From Vicugna vicugna (lineage: Eukaryota), in the NCBI GenBank assembly GCA_013265495.1, contig MU058010.1, forward strand, positions 161,145-225,144: a stretch of 64,000 nt of DNA. Reading direction: 5' to 3'. Shown here piece by piece: positions 1 through 11,170 of the stretch. Every line of letters starts with the position of its first letter. Position 1 is the stretch's first letter. A program made the position numbers and the translations under genes. The notes under the pieces are model-generated. The model saw nothing but the letters and a program-made list of their open reading frames with translations, made no database searches and was not told the DNA's origin.

Positions 1-377
1 CTTGGCTTGTATTCCCTAGTCAGAATTAGGCCTGTAGTAAGATCTGGGGTACATAAGCCCTTATTTTGATTGGTGCTGTTGATAAATGTTAGATTTTTTT
101 GGGTGGTAATTTTTTGTATGAATGAAACTTTTATGTGATTTAGAACATTCAGTGAATTAACTGATTAATGAATATTTTGGATAAGGGTGAAGAAGAGACA
201 GTTAAAACTGTAGAATGCTTTACCTTTTGCTGGGATCAGTACTAGGTGGTTGATACGTGTTTCTAGCTGTCAGAATCTGGAAAGTGGTTGTCTTATTTTC
301 CTTTTAATTTTTATGATGTACGGAGCCGCTCTTTCAAAATGGTGCAAGGTAGCTTCAGGTGCAGCTGTTGTAAAAAA

Positions 378-435
378 TATATATATATATTTATATGATG
401 TATATGTATATGCATGTATATATTTTGTATGTGTC
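378..435. repeat. (TA)n/(TATG)n simple repeat
   Basis: atatatatatat...gtatatgtatatgcatgtatata read directly. Confidence 0.8.
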
Positions 436-758
436 TAAATTGTGAATACTAATAAGCTTACGAAGGCAGAAATCTTCAACTGTCTAATTATCTGTGGTGA
501 TGTGAATGTAATTTTACTAGTCTGCTGTGAAGTTAAAAAGTTTTTCGGATAAGTGTTTTACCTGTTGAAATGATCTAATATTCTCTCTTTGTATCTCCAG
601 CTCCTTTCTCTCTCTCCTCCAGGCAGAACTACACGGAAATCATTCCAAAACAATTAATGCTGCTTTAGTCACCAATTATTGATTTTCTGTTCACAGTGTA
701 TGGAGAATTGCTGCTCTACTTAGATTCTAAAATGAGGCTTTTTAATTGTGTTTTCCAG

Positions 759-863
759 GAAGATATGAATTTAAATGAAGATAAGAAGGCACCATTGCGG
801 GAAAAGGACTTCAGTATCAAAAAAGAAATGGTGATGCAGTACATTAATACTGCTTCCAAGACA
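759..863 (+). CDS. DIAPH3: DIAPH3 (diaphanous-related formin 3 / mDia2) internal coding exon, 105 nt, phase 0-0; probably exon 4 by human numbering
   Basis: Acceptor tttttaattgtgttttccag|G at 758/759 and donor ACA|gtaagt at 863/864. It translates to EDMNLNEDKKAPLREKDFSIKKEMVMQYINTASKT, which I recognise as the DIAPH3 GTPase-binding region. It joins in frame to the exon at 42884. Confidence 0.96.
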
Positions 864-2249
864 GTAAGTAAAACTGTCAGGTTGAAAATACTGCTGAAAC
901 GTGTTGTAGTATGGCAAACAATACATTTGTCTAAGGAAGTACTTAACGTTTGTGGGCACCATAATCAGAGGGCTTTTGAATGTATAATTAAAGGCGCAAG
1001 TATTTTAATAAGTTTGTTTAATTTAAAAGTATTTCTTACCTTATCACTTTTACAATGCTTTTGTTTTTAGCCACTCACACTGTTAAGAACCACTGATTGC
1101 CTGGTCTTTTCACTCTAAAACATCATAACTTGTTAGGGAATTACGGTGGTTATTGATTTCCAATGTCACTTGTAAGTTGGGATAATATTTACATTGTACA
1201 AAAGTGAGACTGATTTTACTCTGGACATAGAATAGTGGCTTACAGGCATATCTTTAATGTGAGTTTCCCTGTGGATTAAATTATCTTGTAACAAATTATA
1301 AATGTAGACACTGAAAGGTGCATTAAGCCTCCACATGGCTGCCAGTTTTCTAGGGAAACATGAAATGTGTGGGTGGAAGTAATGACTAAATGTCTGAGAG
1401 ACCATGACTGGCTCACAGAATCAATTACATTTATTTCATGGAACAACAAATGAGCTTGACCTGTCACAAAAAAGTTGTGAATAAATGGACTGGATGAAAA
1501 ATATAAAACGGAAGCTAACAAAGAAGCAAGGATCGGTAGAAAGACAATAGAAAATGCTTTCGGCTGAACTTAAAATAAAATTGGATTAGAGAAAAATAAC
1601 ACACTACAGTTTTCACTGGATACTTTAACCTAAGGTCAGGTTACAAAAATATAAGTTATTTATACTTTAACTCCATTTATCTACCAGACCAGTCAGTGAC
1701 TCTGAGGTATTTCTTTTGGGAGAAAGACTCTAGTGATGTTTAATTTTTAAACGTGTCTGTGTTTTGGCAGCCTGATGCTCACATGTAGAATTCATGGAAT
1801 ACTGTGCTTTTCCAAGCTCTTTCTATACATGGACTCTTTATCCTGCTGTTGAGATATGACTTGCTTTTGTCTCCTGAAGATACTCTGCCATCACAAGTCA
1901 GCGGCAGGGATTCAGGTGTCAGAGCGGACTTATTTATCCTTGGTTTGTCTTGGACATCTTATTTTACCTCTCTGATCCTCAGTCTCCTAGTCCATAAGAT
2001 GGGGCTAAGACCTACACCAGGCTTGTTGTTAGAGTTAAATTGTTTATTCTGTGATTAGAACATAACAGGTTTTTAACCGGTGGCTGTCTCTTATGGCAGT
2101 GGTCATAGTATCAATTGTTTGTTTTTTAATTTTTCTTTGTGATTTGTTTATTATCCTTACTGTTGAAATCAGTACCCCCTAATGAAAAATATAAGTAAAC
2201 ATACTTCAGTAAAAACACTAATTTCCTCTCAGTGAGTCTCCGTTTCTAA

Positions 2250-2480
2250 GACATTCATTTGTTCACTCAGCACGTTTATTAAGTGCCTGTATACCAGGCA
2301 CCATTTAAGGCTCTGGAGATAGAGCACCAAGATAGTATGTGGCTGTAGCCTGTGGAGCACGTGGGATATGCATCACAGAAACACAGAAACACGTGCAATG
2401 AGATGTGGGAAAGAAAAGCAGGGGGAGTGGAAATGGTGTGACTGTTCAGAGTCATCAGGGAAGATGCTCCTGTTAGGGAG
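2250..2480 (-). mobile_element. L2 LINE 3' fragment (old)
   Basis: cattcatttgttcactcagcacgtttattaagtgcctgtataccaggcac is the reverse complement of the typical L2 3' end. Boundaries are approximate. Confidence 0.65.
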
Positions 2481-3369
2481 TTTTAAATCCAACACACATG
2501 AATCCACTTAATATAATTACAAGAGATACCGCAGTAGTTAGAACTGGTTTAGAAAACCTTGGCATAATAGTGGAGTTCATTTCTGGATTTCAGATAAACA
2601 GACTTTTTAATAGAACAAGCCATCTTGAACTTCTTCACAGTGGATACATTTCAGTTTACACTCATTGATTTTAAACTCTAATCCTCTAATTATTTTGGAC
2701 TAGGGTTGGAATTTATTTACCAGAATTAAATAATTAGATTATCAGGATTGAAATGGATTAGTTATCTGAAGTATGATTAAAGCATTTAATTGGTGTGTGG
2801 AGGGTCCCAGCTTTTCCTAGGAGGATTCTGAATAATTTGGCAAGTGGTTAACATTGTAGAAAGTTCAGGCTGACCAGCCATCTATTTTCGCTCTGGAAGT
2901 AGAGGCACATTTCATTAACTCTAGGATTTGGACGTTGTCATGCCGGTACACTTAGGTTAATGAGTACTGAAGAAGTTTCTCTGAGGATAGCAAAGTTCAC
3001 AGATTGGTTCTGGAGAGGATGTGGGGTGCTTGTGTCAGGTGTTTTGAGCCATTTGAGCCTTAGCATTTGCTTTGAGATTCTCTTTTGTGAGTAGGCATTG
3101 ATATTTTTTGGAAAATAACTATTGATGCCTACAGTTGATGATTAGAAAATGCTTTATAGATGTTAACTCTGAAACTAGCCCCTAAGGTAATAAATCAGCT
3201 TGGTGTTAGAACAGGGAAAAACAAAAAGCCGTAAAAACCATAAGTCAAACTAAGTTGTCTCCAAGACCTTAATAAATTTCTGTTTAGGTGACCAAATAGT
3301 AAAAACGAATTTCTTCAGTTAGGACAGATTATTCACATTTACTAAGCAGATAGCATATTTAGAGGTAAA

Positions 3370-3700
3370 AATGCCAGATTCACATGTTTCTAACTTCCTA
3401 GGACATGGGTATGTGACTCAGGTTTGACCAATGCACTCTAATGGCCAGGTCTGCTGCTGGCTTCTGAGACAGGTTGCCCTTCCTCACGGAAGGACCCAGA
3501 GCAGGAAAGCCACTTTTCCCTGCCACTTGTCACGGTTGTGAGAGGGTATGGGATACTTGGTGCGTGACGTTGTGGAGCTGCTGCTCTGGCCCGATGCAGT
3601 CCTGCCTCCAGACTCTACCGTTATGTGACGTAATGCATGTTCTTATTTAAGCTGCTTCAAGATGGGTTTTTGCTTTGCTGCTGTAAACATTCTGATAGAC
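3370..3700 (+). mobile_element. Old MaLR (MLT1-like) LTR remnant
   Basis: ...gtgactcaggtttgaccaatg...cttctgag...cctgcctccagact...ttcttatttaagctgcttcaagatgggttttt...aaacattctga resembles MLT1J-type LTRs (recalled). Confidence 0.55.
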
Positions 3701-6318
3701 CATCCACATACACTTTTGTCTATGTGAGATCTCTCTTTAATTCACTCTGGAAATTCCTCTTTCCATCCAGAGGAGTATCTTAAAATATTCTCCCCTCACC
3801 CAGTATACTCAGAGCATGGATGGGCAAAGTACTACAAAACCCAGTGGCTGTTTCTTGGTCAGTGACTTGCCTCAGATGTTTAGAGGCAAGTTTATTGGAG
3901 AAAACTTCTTTCAAAAAGAATGATACAGACTTTGAGAGAGTTTGAGAGATGGGAATGGAAAACCAGAAAGATCTCTGTGGGGAGGTAGAATTTCAGGGGG
4001 AAAGTGAGAGAGACATTTGAAGAGGTTTGAGGGAAATTTTGTTTTATGCTGTGTAGCATAAAACATCTCTAAGAACCAGTCAGTAGAGATGAGCATTTGC
4101 TCATCGGTGCTTTTGGACTCATCTTCTTTATTTTATTTTGTTTTATTTTTATTATGTAATAATTTATTTTTATGTATTGAATTGATGACACTGTCCAGGC
4201 AGTTTACTTCTATGCAGATTACAACCAAAGTCAGTACCTGGTCTTTTCTGGCTGTACCTTTAGGTGTGGATATAATGCTTTAAAAATCTCTTCAACATTT
4301 ATGCTTCTAGTTCCTTAGGAATGCATTAGCTTGGAAACTAAAGTTCTTACAGACTCCTCGACAGCCCCCTCCCACCCCACCCCACTGCAATTCACATGTC
4401 ACTGGAGTCTGTATCCCAGCTGCAAGTGACAAGTTTATTTTAGGTGGGCTGATATGAAATAAAAAAGGCCTAATCTCACATTTCTAAGGTGCTTGATTAG
4501 AACATCCATCCTTTATTTCCTGTTGGTGTTTAGTTTTCTCCTTTTTGATTTCTTTGTCCCAAGAATGAAGCAGAATTCCTCTTTTATGAGTGCTTTTGGA
4601 AGTTTATGAGCTTCCTTTGACTTTGTTTCTAACTTTTTTCTTCCAGAGTCATTCTGGGCCACAGTCTAGTGGCTGCAAGGGCTCCTCCAAGGCATTGTTA
4701 GGAAAGTTTGAACGGCGTTGAACTTTACTCCTTGAATCCTTTCTTAAGTACTTCTGTAGTTCTTGCTCCATTTTCTTTAATAAGAAATAAAGTTAAATAA
4801 CACATATTATGGAACGTAATTTTTAAAGGCACACAGAAAGACTAACAGAAGTTTTAAAAATAGCATGATGAAATGAGTGTAAATTGAATTCGTAAGAGCA
4901 GGATTATAGACTCTCCTGTTATATGTGCATGTGAATGTATATAGGTCTGTGTGTATATTGTTTAAAAGTATTTTGAAGGGTATTGTGACTTGTTTTAGCT
5001 CAGTAAGATATGATCTCAAACATGGAGAACATGGGTTTCTGCAGTATCAGCCTTCTAGGCATATTTTGATCAGAAAAGAACTGTGTTTTGAGAAAATATT
5101 AGTTGTATATTCATTTGTATGTATGTTTGTTTGTATTTCTCTAGGTAGAAAATGTAGGATTGATTTGTTAATATTATAGTATTAGTGAGGGCTTTTCATA
5201 CCTTCCAGTGGTTTTTTTTTTTTTGAGTTCAGTTTCATATATCAATATTAGGAACATCGTCATATACATGTAAATTAGGTTGTTCTTGTCCTTGTTTAAT
5301 TTTCTCTCTTTTTGACATTGTTGTTATTTAAAAGGCTTATATTTTAGCCACTAGAAACTTAGGTGAACCAGACGTTATTTTTTACACATTCTTGTTAAAG
5401 TTAACATGGATTATTATTTTTTGACTTACTTTTCAGGTTAGGGATTTGATCCAAGCACTCCTACAAAAGCTTGGGAAAAGTTAGTGGCTGATATTAGACG
5501 CTTACCTGTTTATCATCAGTGCCTTTACTTTGCCTGTTTGTGTCCAGGTCTTGCTTGCTGACTAGGAGAAAATTTCAGAGCCTCAGGGCCATGAACCACT
5601 TTCTTCTTAAGAGTCTTTCCTAATCAATCTGGCACTTTAATTTACACTTGTGCCTATATAGGACAGGTTTTATTTATGGTACAATTAAAATTATCTTCCA
5701 ACAGCTCAAAAACATGCAGTTTTCTTAGGAGTCGTTGTGAGCAGCACCGGTGGTGTTTAGTGTTCTCTGTTGTTACTGCTTTGTGTTTTGGTTTAGGCAG
5801 GAATTGAGTATGAAGAAAGCAGTCATCTTCTTTTCTTTTTTTTTATAATAGGAAGAAATTATATTAGGTTCAAATTAGAATCATATATTTATGGTCTTTT
5901 AAAAATCTTATGGTTATTTAGGACACCTCTTCTTTCGTTATAGCACTTTTTAAAAGCCTTTCCAGATATAGAAACATTGTTCTTTACTAGTAAAATTCAC
6001 TAGAGTTTTAGAGCCTGACAGGATATCTAAGGTTGTTTCCAACTTGTTTTTTGAGTTGTTTCTTGACCTAAGATATTTTACAGTGTTCCTGCTTACTTTT
6101 TAGATTTTTATGAATGTAATTTAACTTACGTCTCATATCTGCAAAAGTAGTGGAAGCTTTGAAAGTGCCAGGAAGAAGAGGCATGTGATTATGATGGAGA
6201 TGAAAGTGAAGAAAAAATATCCATATGGAATGAACGTTTTGAAACAAGGAGCAGTTCTGAAGGAATAAGTGAAAAATTAAGAAAAGTGCTATGTATGTAC
6301 AATTGTTTTTCTGTGAAT

Positions 6319-6413
6319 GGAGGGGGGAACGTAATAGCTCAGTGGTAGAGCGCGTACTTAACCTGCACGAGATCCTGAGTTTAATCCCCAGTACCTCTGT
6401 TTAAAAAAAAAAA
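6319..6413 (+). mobile_element. Vic-1-type tRNA-derived SINE (short form)
   Basis: tagctcagtggtagagcg (A box) ... gagtttaatcccc (B-box-like) agtacctc, followed by an A tail. It matches the other five copies in the window. Confidence 0.85.
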
Positions 6414-6446
6414 GCCATATTTAGTGAATGTAGGGGAAAGGTATGG

Positions 6447-7108
6447 CGATGGGAATAATAAATAAGTAAACTATAATAGAAATGGAAAAGAGGCTTATTT
6501 GAGCCAAACCGAGGACTATAGCCTGGAAGACAGCCTCTCAGATAGCTCTGAGGAACTGTTCCTGAGAAGAATGGTTTTTAGCACAGTTTTATGTCTTAAC
6601 AGAACAAAGAACATCTAACAAATCAGGGATACATTCCTTCAGGGTTTCAGAAAATAACCCAAGACACAGATGAGCATGTACACAGTGAGTCTGTCTGGCT
6701 TTGGCACCTGGGAGGGAAGTCTCGTCATTGAAGGAGTACCAGTAAAGGCATCCTAAGAAGGGAGGCATTTAATCTTTATTTATTTTGGGGGGGAGCTGAG
6801 GGAAGGTAATTAGGTTTATTTATTGAAATTTTTTTTTAATGGAGGTACTGGGGACTGAACCCAGGACCTCGTGCATGCTAAGTACGCATTCTACCACTTG
6901 AGCTATACCCTCCCCCCTCTTTATTTTTAATGTGGACATTCTTTACTTCTGTCCAATGCATTCTTTTCTTTAATAGTTAAAGAAGATGTACAGTGTATGT
7001 TTGATAGGTAACAAACAGGCTGTTTTTGTCAGCATAAAATATAAGTTAAATCATGTATAAGCCAGAATGATGCCCCCATACCTCAGTATGTGAACATTTC
7101 TTCCATTG
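6447..7108 (-). mobile_element. ERV solo LTR (artiodactyl-type), interrupted by a SINE
   Basis: Contains gaggactatagcctggaagacagcctctcagatagctctgaggaactgttcc, which is also seen at 46600-46650. It has near-inverted termini cgatggga...ttccattg. Orientation is inferred from the polyadenylated relative at 46528. Confidence 0.65.
6782..6917 (-). mobile_element. Vic-1-type SINE nested in the LTR
   Basis: ggtaattaggtttatttatt...ggaggtactggggactgaacccaggacctcgtgcatgctaag...ctaccacttgagctataccctcccc, with tctttattt repeated on both sides (probable TSD). Confidence 0.9.
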
Positions 7109-7144
7109 GTAATTGAAGAAATGAAGAAAAGAAGTCACCAGAAA

Positions 7145-7320
7145 CAGTGATCCTCCACCTTGATATCCATTGGAATCATCTTTAAACTTTAAAAATCTGA
7201 ATGTCTGGGTCTTGCCATTTAAAAATGAAGTCAGGATTCCTGCAGGAGGGGCCCAGACATCAGTACTTAGTAAAGTGCTCTCAGCGATTCCCGAGTACAG
7301 TCAGGGATGAGAGCTACTGG
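7145..7320. mobile_element. MER5A-like hAT-Charlie MITE
   Basis: cagtgatcctc...ttggaatcatct...tttaaaaat...ggggcccagacatcagta...cagggatgagagctactg, with cag(t)/(a)ctg termini. Confidence 0.65.
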
Positions 7321-8369
7321 GCAGGGCAAGATGAGCCTCATCACTGGATGTATTCTAGTGTAATGTGAATTCAGCCAAAGACTGGAAGCTAATAGAACTG
7401 AAAGGCTGAGCATGGTGAACATTTACTCATAAAACTGTTATCAACCCACTGTGGGGTCAAGGTTAGTTTGCATGTGCATAATGTCAAAGTGGTGTTCAAG
7501 GGTATACCGTAGCTACTAAGAAATTTGCTTGGCCTCTGGTAGAAATCACTGAAGGGTAAGGTTATCTACTATAACAGATAGAAAGACTTGGTCTGTTTTG
7601 GAGAAAGATGCCCAGCAGAATAGGTACTAGCAAGGAGGAGAAGAGTGTGCCTGGTTTTAAAGCTTCAGTGGTGGCTATAAACTTAAACCCCTCTAATTTT
7701 AGTTTGGACTTAAAGACAGGCTTTCAGTTCTTACTTACTCCTAAAGAGAATAAATTTTATACATACATAAAAAATCCTTAATGAGTTAATTATCTTGATG
7801 TACAGAAGGCATTCAATCTTAATTTCATGCTTTCCTGATTTACTATCATTTCCTAACTGTTACAATACAATGGTTTCTCCACACCCCCAAGAAAATAAGG
7901 GTGGTTAGTATAGCTTCTTATCCTCAATGTAAAAATCAAATCCTTTCACTATCAGAAGTTTTCCAGGGTAGATTAGGTAAACTGGGAACTCTGTCCTTGG
8001 GATTCTTTGAGGTATGAAAATAAAATTATCCAAAAGTTAATTCAGACAATCTTACATTTTGTCTACTCCTTGTATAGTATTATTGTTGCATCAGATAAAT
8101 ATATACATATATATGTAGACTTTTTCTTGGGAAAGCTGTATTGCATTGTTTTGGCGAGTTAAAAATCTTTTTCTGGCATTATTTTTGTTAAGGATGGCTT
8201 TGTTATACTCTTTCGTTTAGTAGACATTTTTGTAGTTACTGAGGTGGTTTTTATTTACATTAGGTCTGAAATTACCTTAAAGCATCTTCATCAAATGAAG
8301 AAAGGCCCAGAAATGTGTGACAACCCCTCCTTAGTGCAGCAGCTAGTACTATAAATCAGGGTTTCTGAT

Positions 8370-11170
8370 TTTTTAAAAACTTTTTATTATAAAATAAAAC
8401 ACAGTTATAAAAAACACCAACAAATATATATGTAGCTTAATGAGTTATCATAAGAACTCCACTCTGGGCAATAAACGGAAACTTCTCAGCCCCCCTAGAA
8501 AGCCATCCATCTACCCTGTCCCAGTGTCAAACCTTGTTTTTTGGCCTAAATCACCACCTTGACTTTTATAGGAATTACTTCCTTGAGTTTCTTCAGTTTT
8601 ATCACCCAAAGTTATGTCACCAGACACCATGTTTATTCTTGCTCATATTTTAAAATTTGAAATATCTTTAAAGGTTTTTTAATCTTCAGGTTTCCCCATC
8701 CATCCCTTTATTTTATCTAAGACAGTCTGGGTGTTGCTGATTGCATACTTATGATGAAGTTCCCATGTTTCCTTTCCTTTGTATTTGCTGAAATGTGACA
8801 GCTGGATCCAGAGACAGCTTGATCAGTTCAGATTTGATCCCTTTGGTGAGGCCACAGGAGGTATGTTCTGTATTAGGAGGTACTTCATGTCTGATTTATA
8901 ACTAAAATTCTATGATTTTATTTTCATTTATTAGTTGGAATACATTTATAAAGAGACATTTCCTCTCAAATACTGATTACCTCTGGTTCTTTTATTTGCC
9001 AGTGTTCAAGATACTGAATTGGTTCCCTTCATCCTCTGAAGGTGAACAATTATTTTTAATATTTTTATTCTTAGTGAGTCTCAAGTTTTCCTATCTTTGA
9101 CCAATGGAACCTTGTCTGGTGGATTCCTGGTTGTTTTGGCATGGTCTTGGTAGTTTTACATTGTTTTGTTCCTACCAGGTAGAATAAGATGACCCAGACT
9201 CCCCTCTGCTCACCCTAGACCTGAAATCAGTCATTTCCTTTAGTGTGAAATGCTATTTCAAGAACAGCCTGGAATCAAGGTTACTTATTGCTCTTGTGGT
9301 TAGTCAGTGTTTATAGGTCTTTTCAGTGGAGAGAGAGCAAAGGGAAAAAAGTATGCATATGTATTTATGTGTGTGTTTTAAAGAACGTTTCTTTTGCCTG
9401 TGCTGTCCACATCGCCAACTGCTGTGTTGTTGTTGTACTTTATCTGCAATGAGCATATAGCCCTTAACATTTTATACTCTTTTTTAGTGTTGACTTCTAT
9501 GAATAACTGTATTTAGCCTCTATTTAGTCTTTACTTATATTTTAATGCCTACCACCAGTCCTTTTGTTAATATTCCTCTTTGTTAATATGTTTGTCTGAA
9601 GTTTGTTCTTTAGTAGATTTGTCTGAAGGGCTCATGAGAAGAATATTCCCTAAATTTTTTGTGTTGATAACAGTATTTGCCCTTTATTGTTTGGTCAGTT
9701 TTACTGGATATAAAAATCTTTGGCTCACATGTTTTTCCCTGTAGGATCGTAAATATAGGTTGGTTTTTTTTTTCCCCTAGCATAAAGCATGACAACATTG
9801 CTCTTAAAAGGTCTGCAGATAACTTTCATTCCCTCTAAGTTACTAGCTCTCTGTTTAGATGTTGAGTTGGGATTGTAAACTGCACAGTCTGCCCTCGGCT
9901 TGTGTGCTGCTGTTTCCCTTCTTCCTGGATCCTATTGTCCGTATGTTGGACTTCATAGATCTTCAATGTGCTACTTTTCCTCCAAGTTCCTTTTATGTTG
10001 TTCATTTCTTTTTAATTTAAAAAATCATTTATTTTATCTCTGAATCTCTTATAACAGATGTATTATTATTTTTTGTTCTTATATTCCTTCTAGCTTAGTC
10101 TTCATTTCTTTTTTTTCTTAGTCTTCATTTCTGAAGTTATTTATTTCCATATTTTTCCCCCTGAGTTCTCTCACCTTATTTCTGCATTTTAAAAAATTCT
10201 GCTCTAGATATTTTTTTCACATCTTGTATATTTTTTAATGTCTCTCAGTTTACCTATTTATTTATTTTTATTTAAGTATATTCAGTTACAGTGTGTCAGT
10301 TTCTGGTGTACAGCATAATGTCCCAGTCATACATATACATACATATATTCATTTTCATATTCTTTTCATTAAAGATTGTTATAAGATATTGAATATAGTT
10401 TCCTGTCGTATATGGAAGAAATTTGTTTTTTATCTACTTTTATATTTAGCAGTTAATATTTGCAGATCCAAAACTCCCAAATTTATCCCTTCCCTCCTAC
10501 TTCCCCCTGGTAACCATAACATTGTTTACTATGTCTGCAAGTCTGTTTCTGTTTTGTAGGTGAGTTCATTAGAGTCTTCTTTTTTCTTTTTTATCTGAGT
10601 TTATTTTGAAATAGTAAGTTACAGTTTGCTATGTTTTACGTGTTTCTGTGTTTGTGGTCTGTAGGAATGTTCTTCTGGATCTCAATCTCACTCTCAGCAC
10701 TTTCTCCACGTGGTGGGGTCCTGTCCTGGAAGGGAGCCCTGACCTCAGTGTTGAGACTCACAGGCCATTGACAGCTCCAGTCTCTTCAGATCTTCTCTGC
10801 CTCTTACCCTCACCTGCAGCTGGAGTGGGCCAAACTCCACACATTTTCAACTGCTTTTGTCAAGTTGACCTGTTGCCATTGCGAAAGAATATCTTTGGGT
10901 TATTTTGGCTTCTCCTGTCTTCATGTCACCAGCAATCTTTGTTGCTTTCTCTGTTTCTTTCCACACACATGTTGATGCTGTGCAGATTTTGTGGCTGTTT
11001 TGTGTTGTGTCTCCAATTGCTTGTATTTTGAAGACCATGGAAATCCCTTGTTGCTCAGTATTGTTTGGTTTTTGGTTTTGCTATTTAGTCGTTTTGTTTC
11101 TTTTTCTGTGGGGATCCAGGGAGTTGCAAAGACTATTCTGTTATTGCCATCTGCCCAGATCCTCTAGTCT
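8370..11170 (-). mobile_element. Old, degraded L1-type LINE, antisense to DIAPH3
   Basis: T-rich + strand with L1M-type 3' segments (ctagacctgaaatcagtcatttcc...tgctatttcaaga) and upstream segments (ggatataaaaatctttggctcaca). Boundaries are approximate. Confidence 0.55.
10255..10590 (-). mobile_element. Younger L1 3' UTR fragment nested in the old L1
   Basis: tttaagtatattcagttacagtgtgtcagtttctggtgtacagcataatg...ttgaatatagtttcctgt...aaactcccaaatttatccc is the reverse complement of the L1 3' UTR at 25430-25650. Confidence 0.85.

Noticed and set aside
696..1070. 124-aa ORF as a stand-alone gene
   Set aside because: Only 759-863 is DIAPH3-like and it is bounded by canonical splice sites. The rest is intronic read-through.
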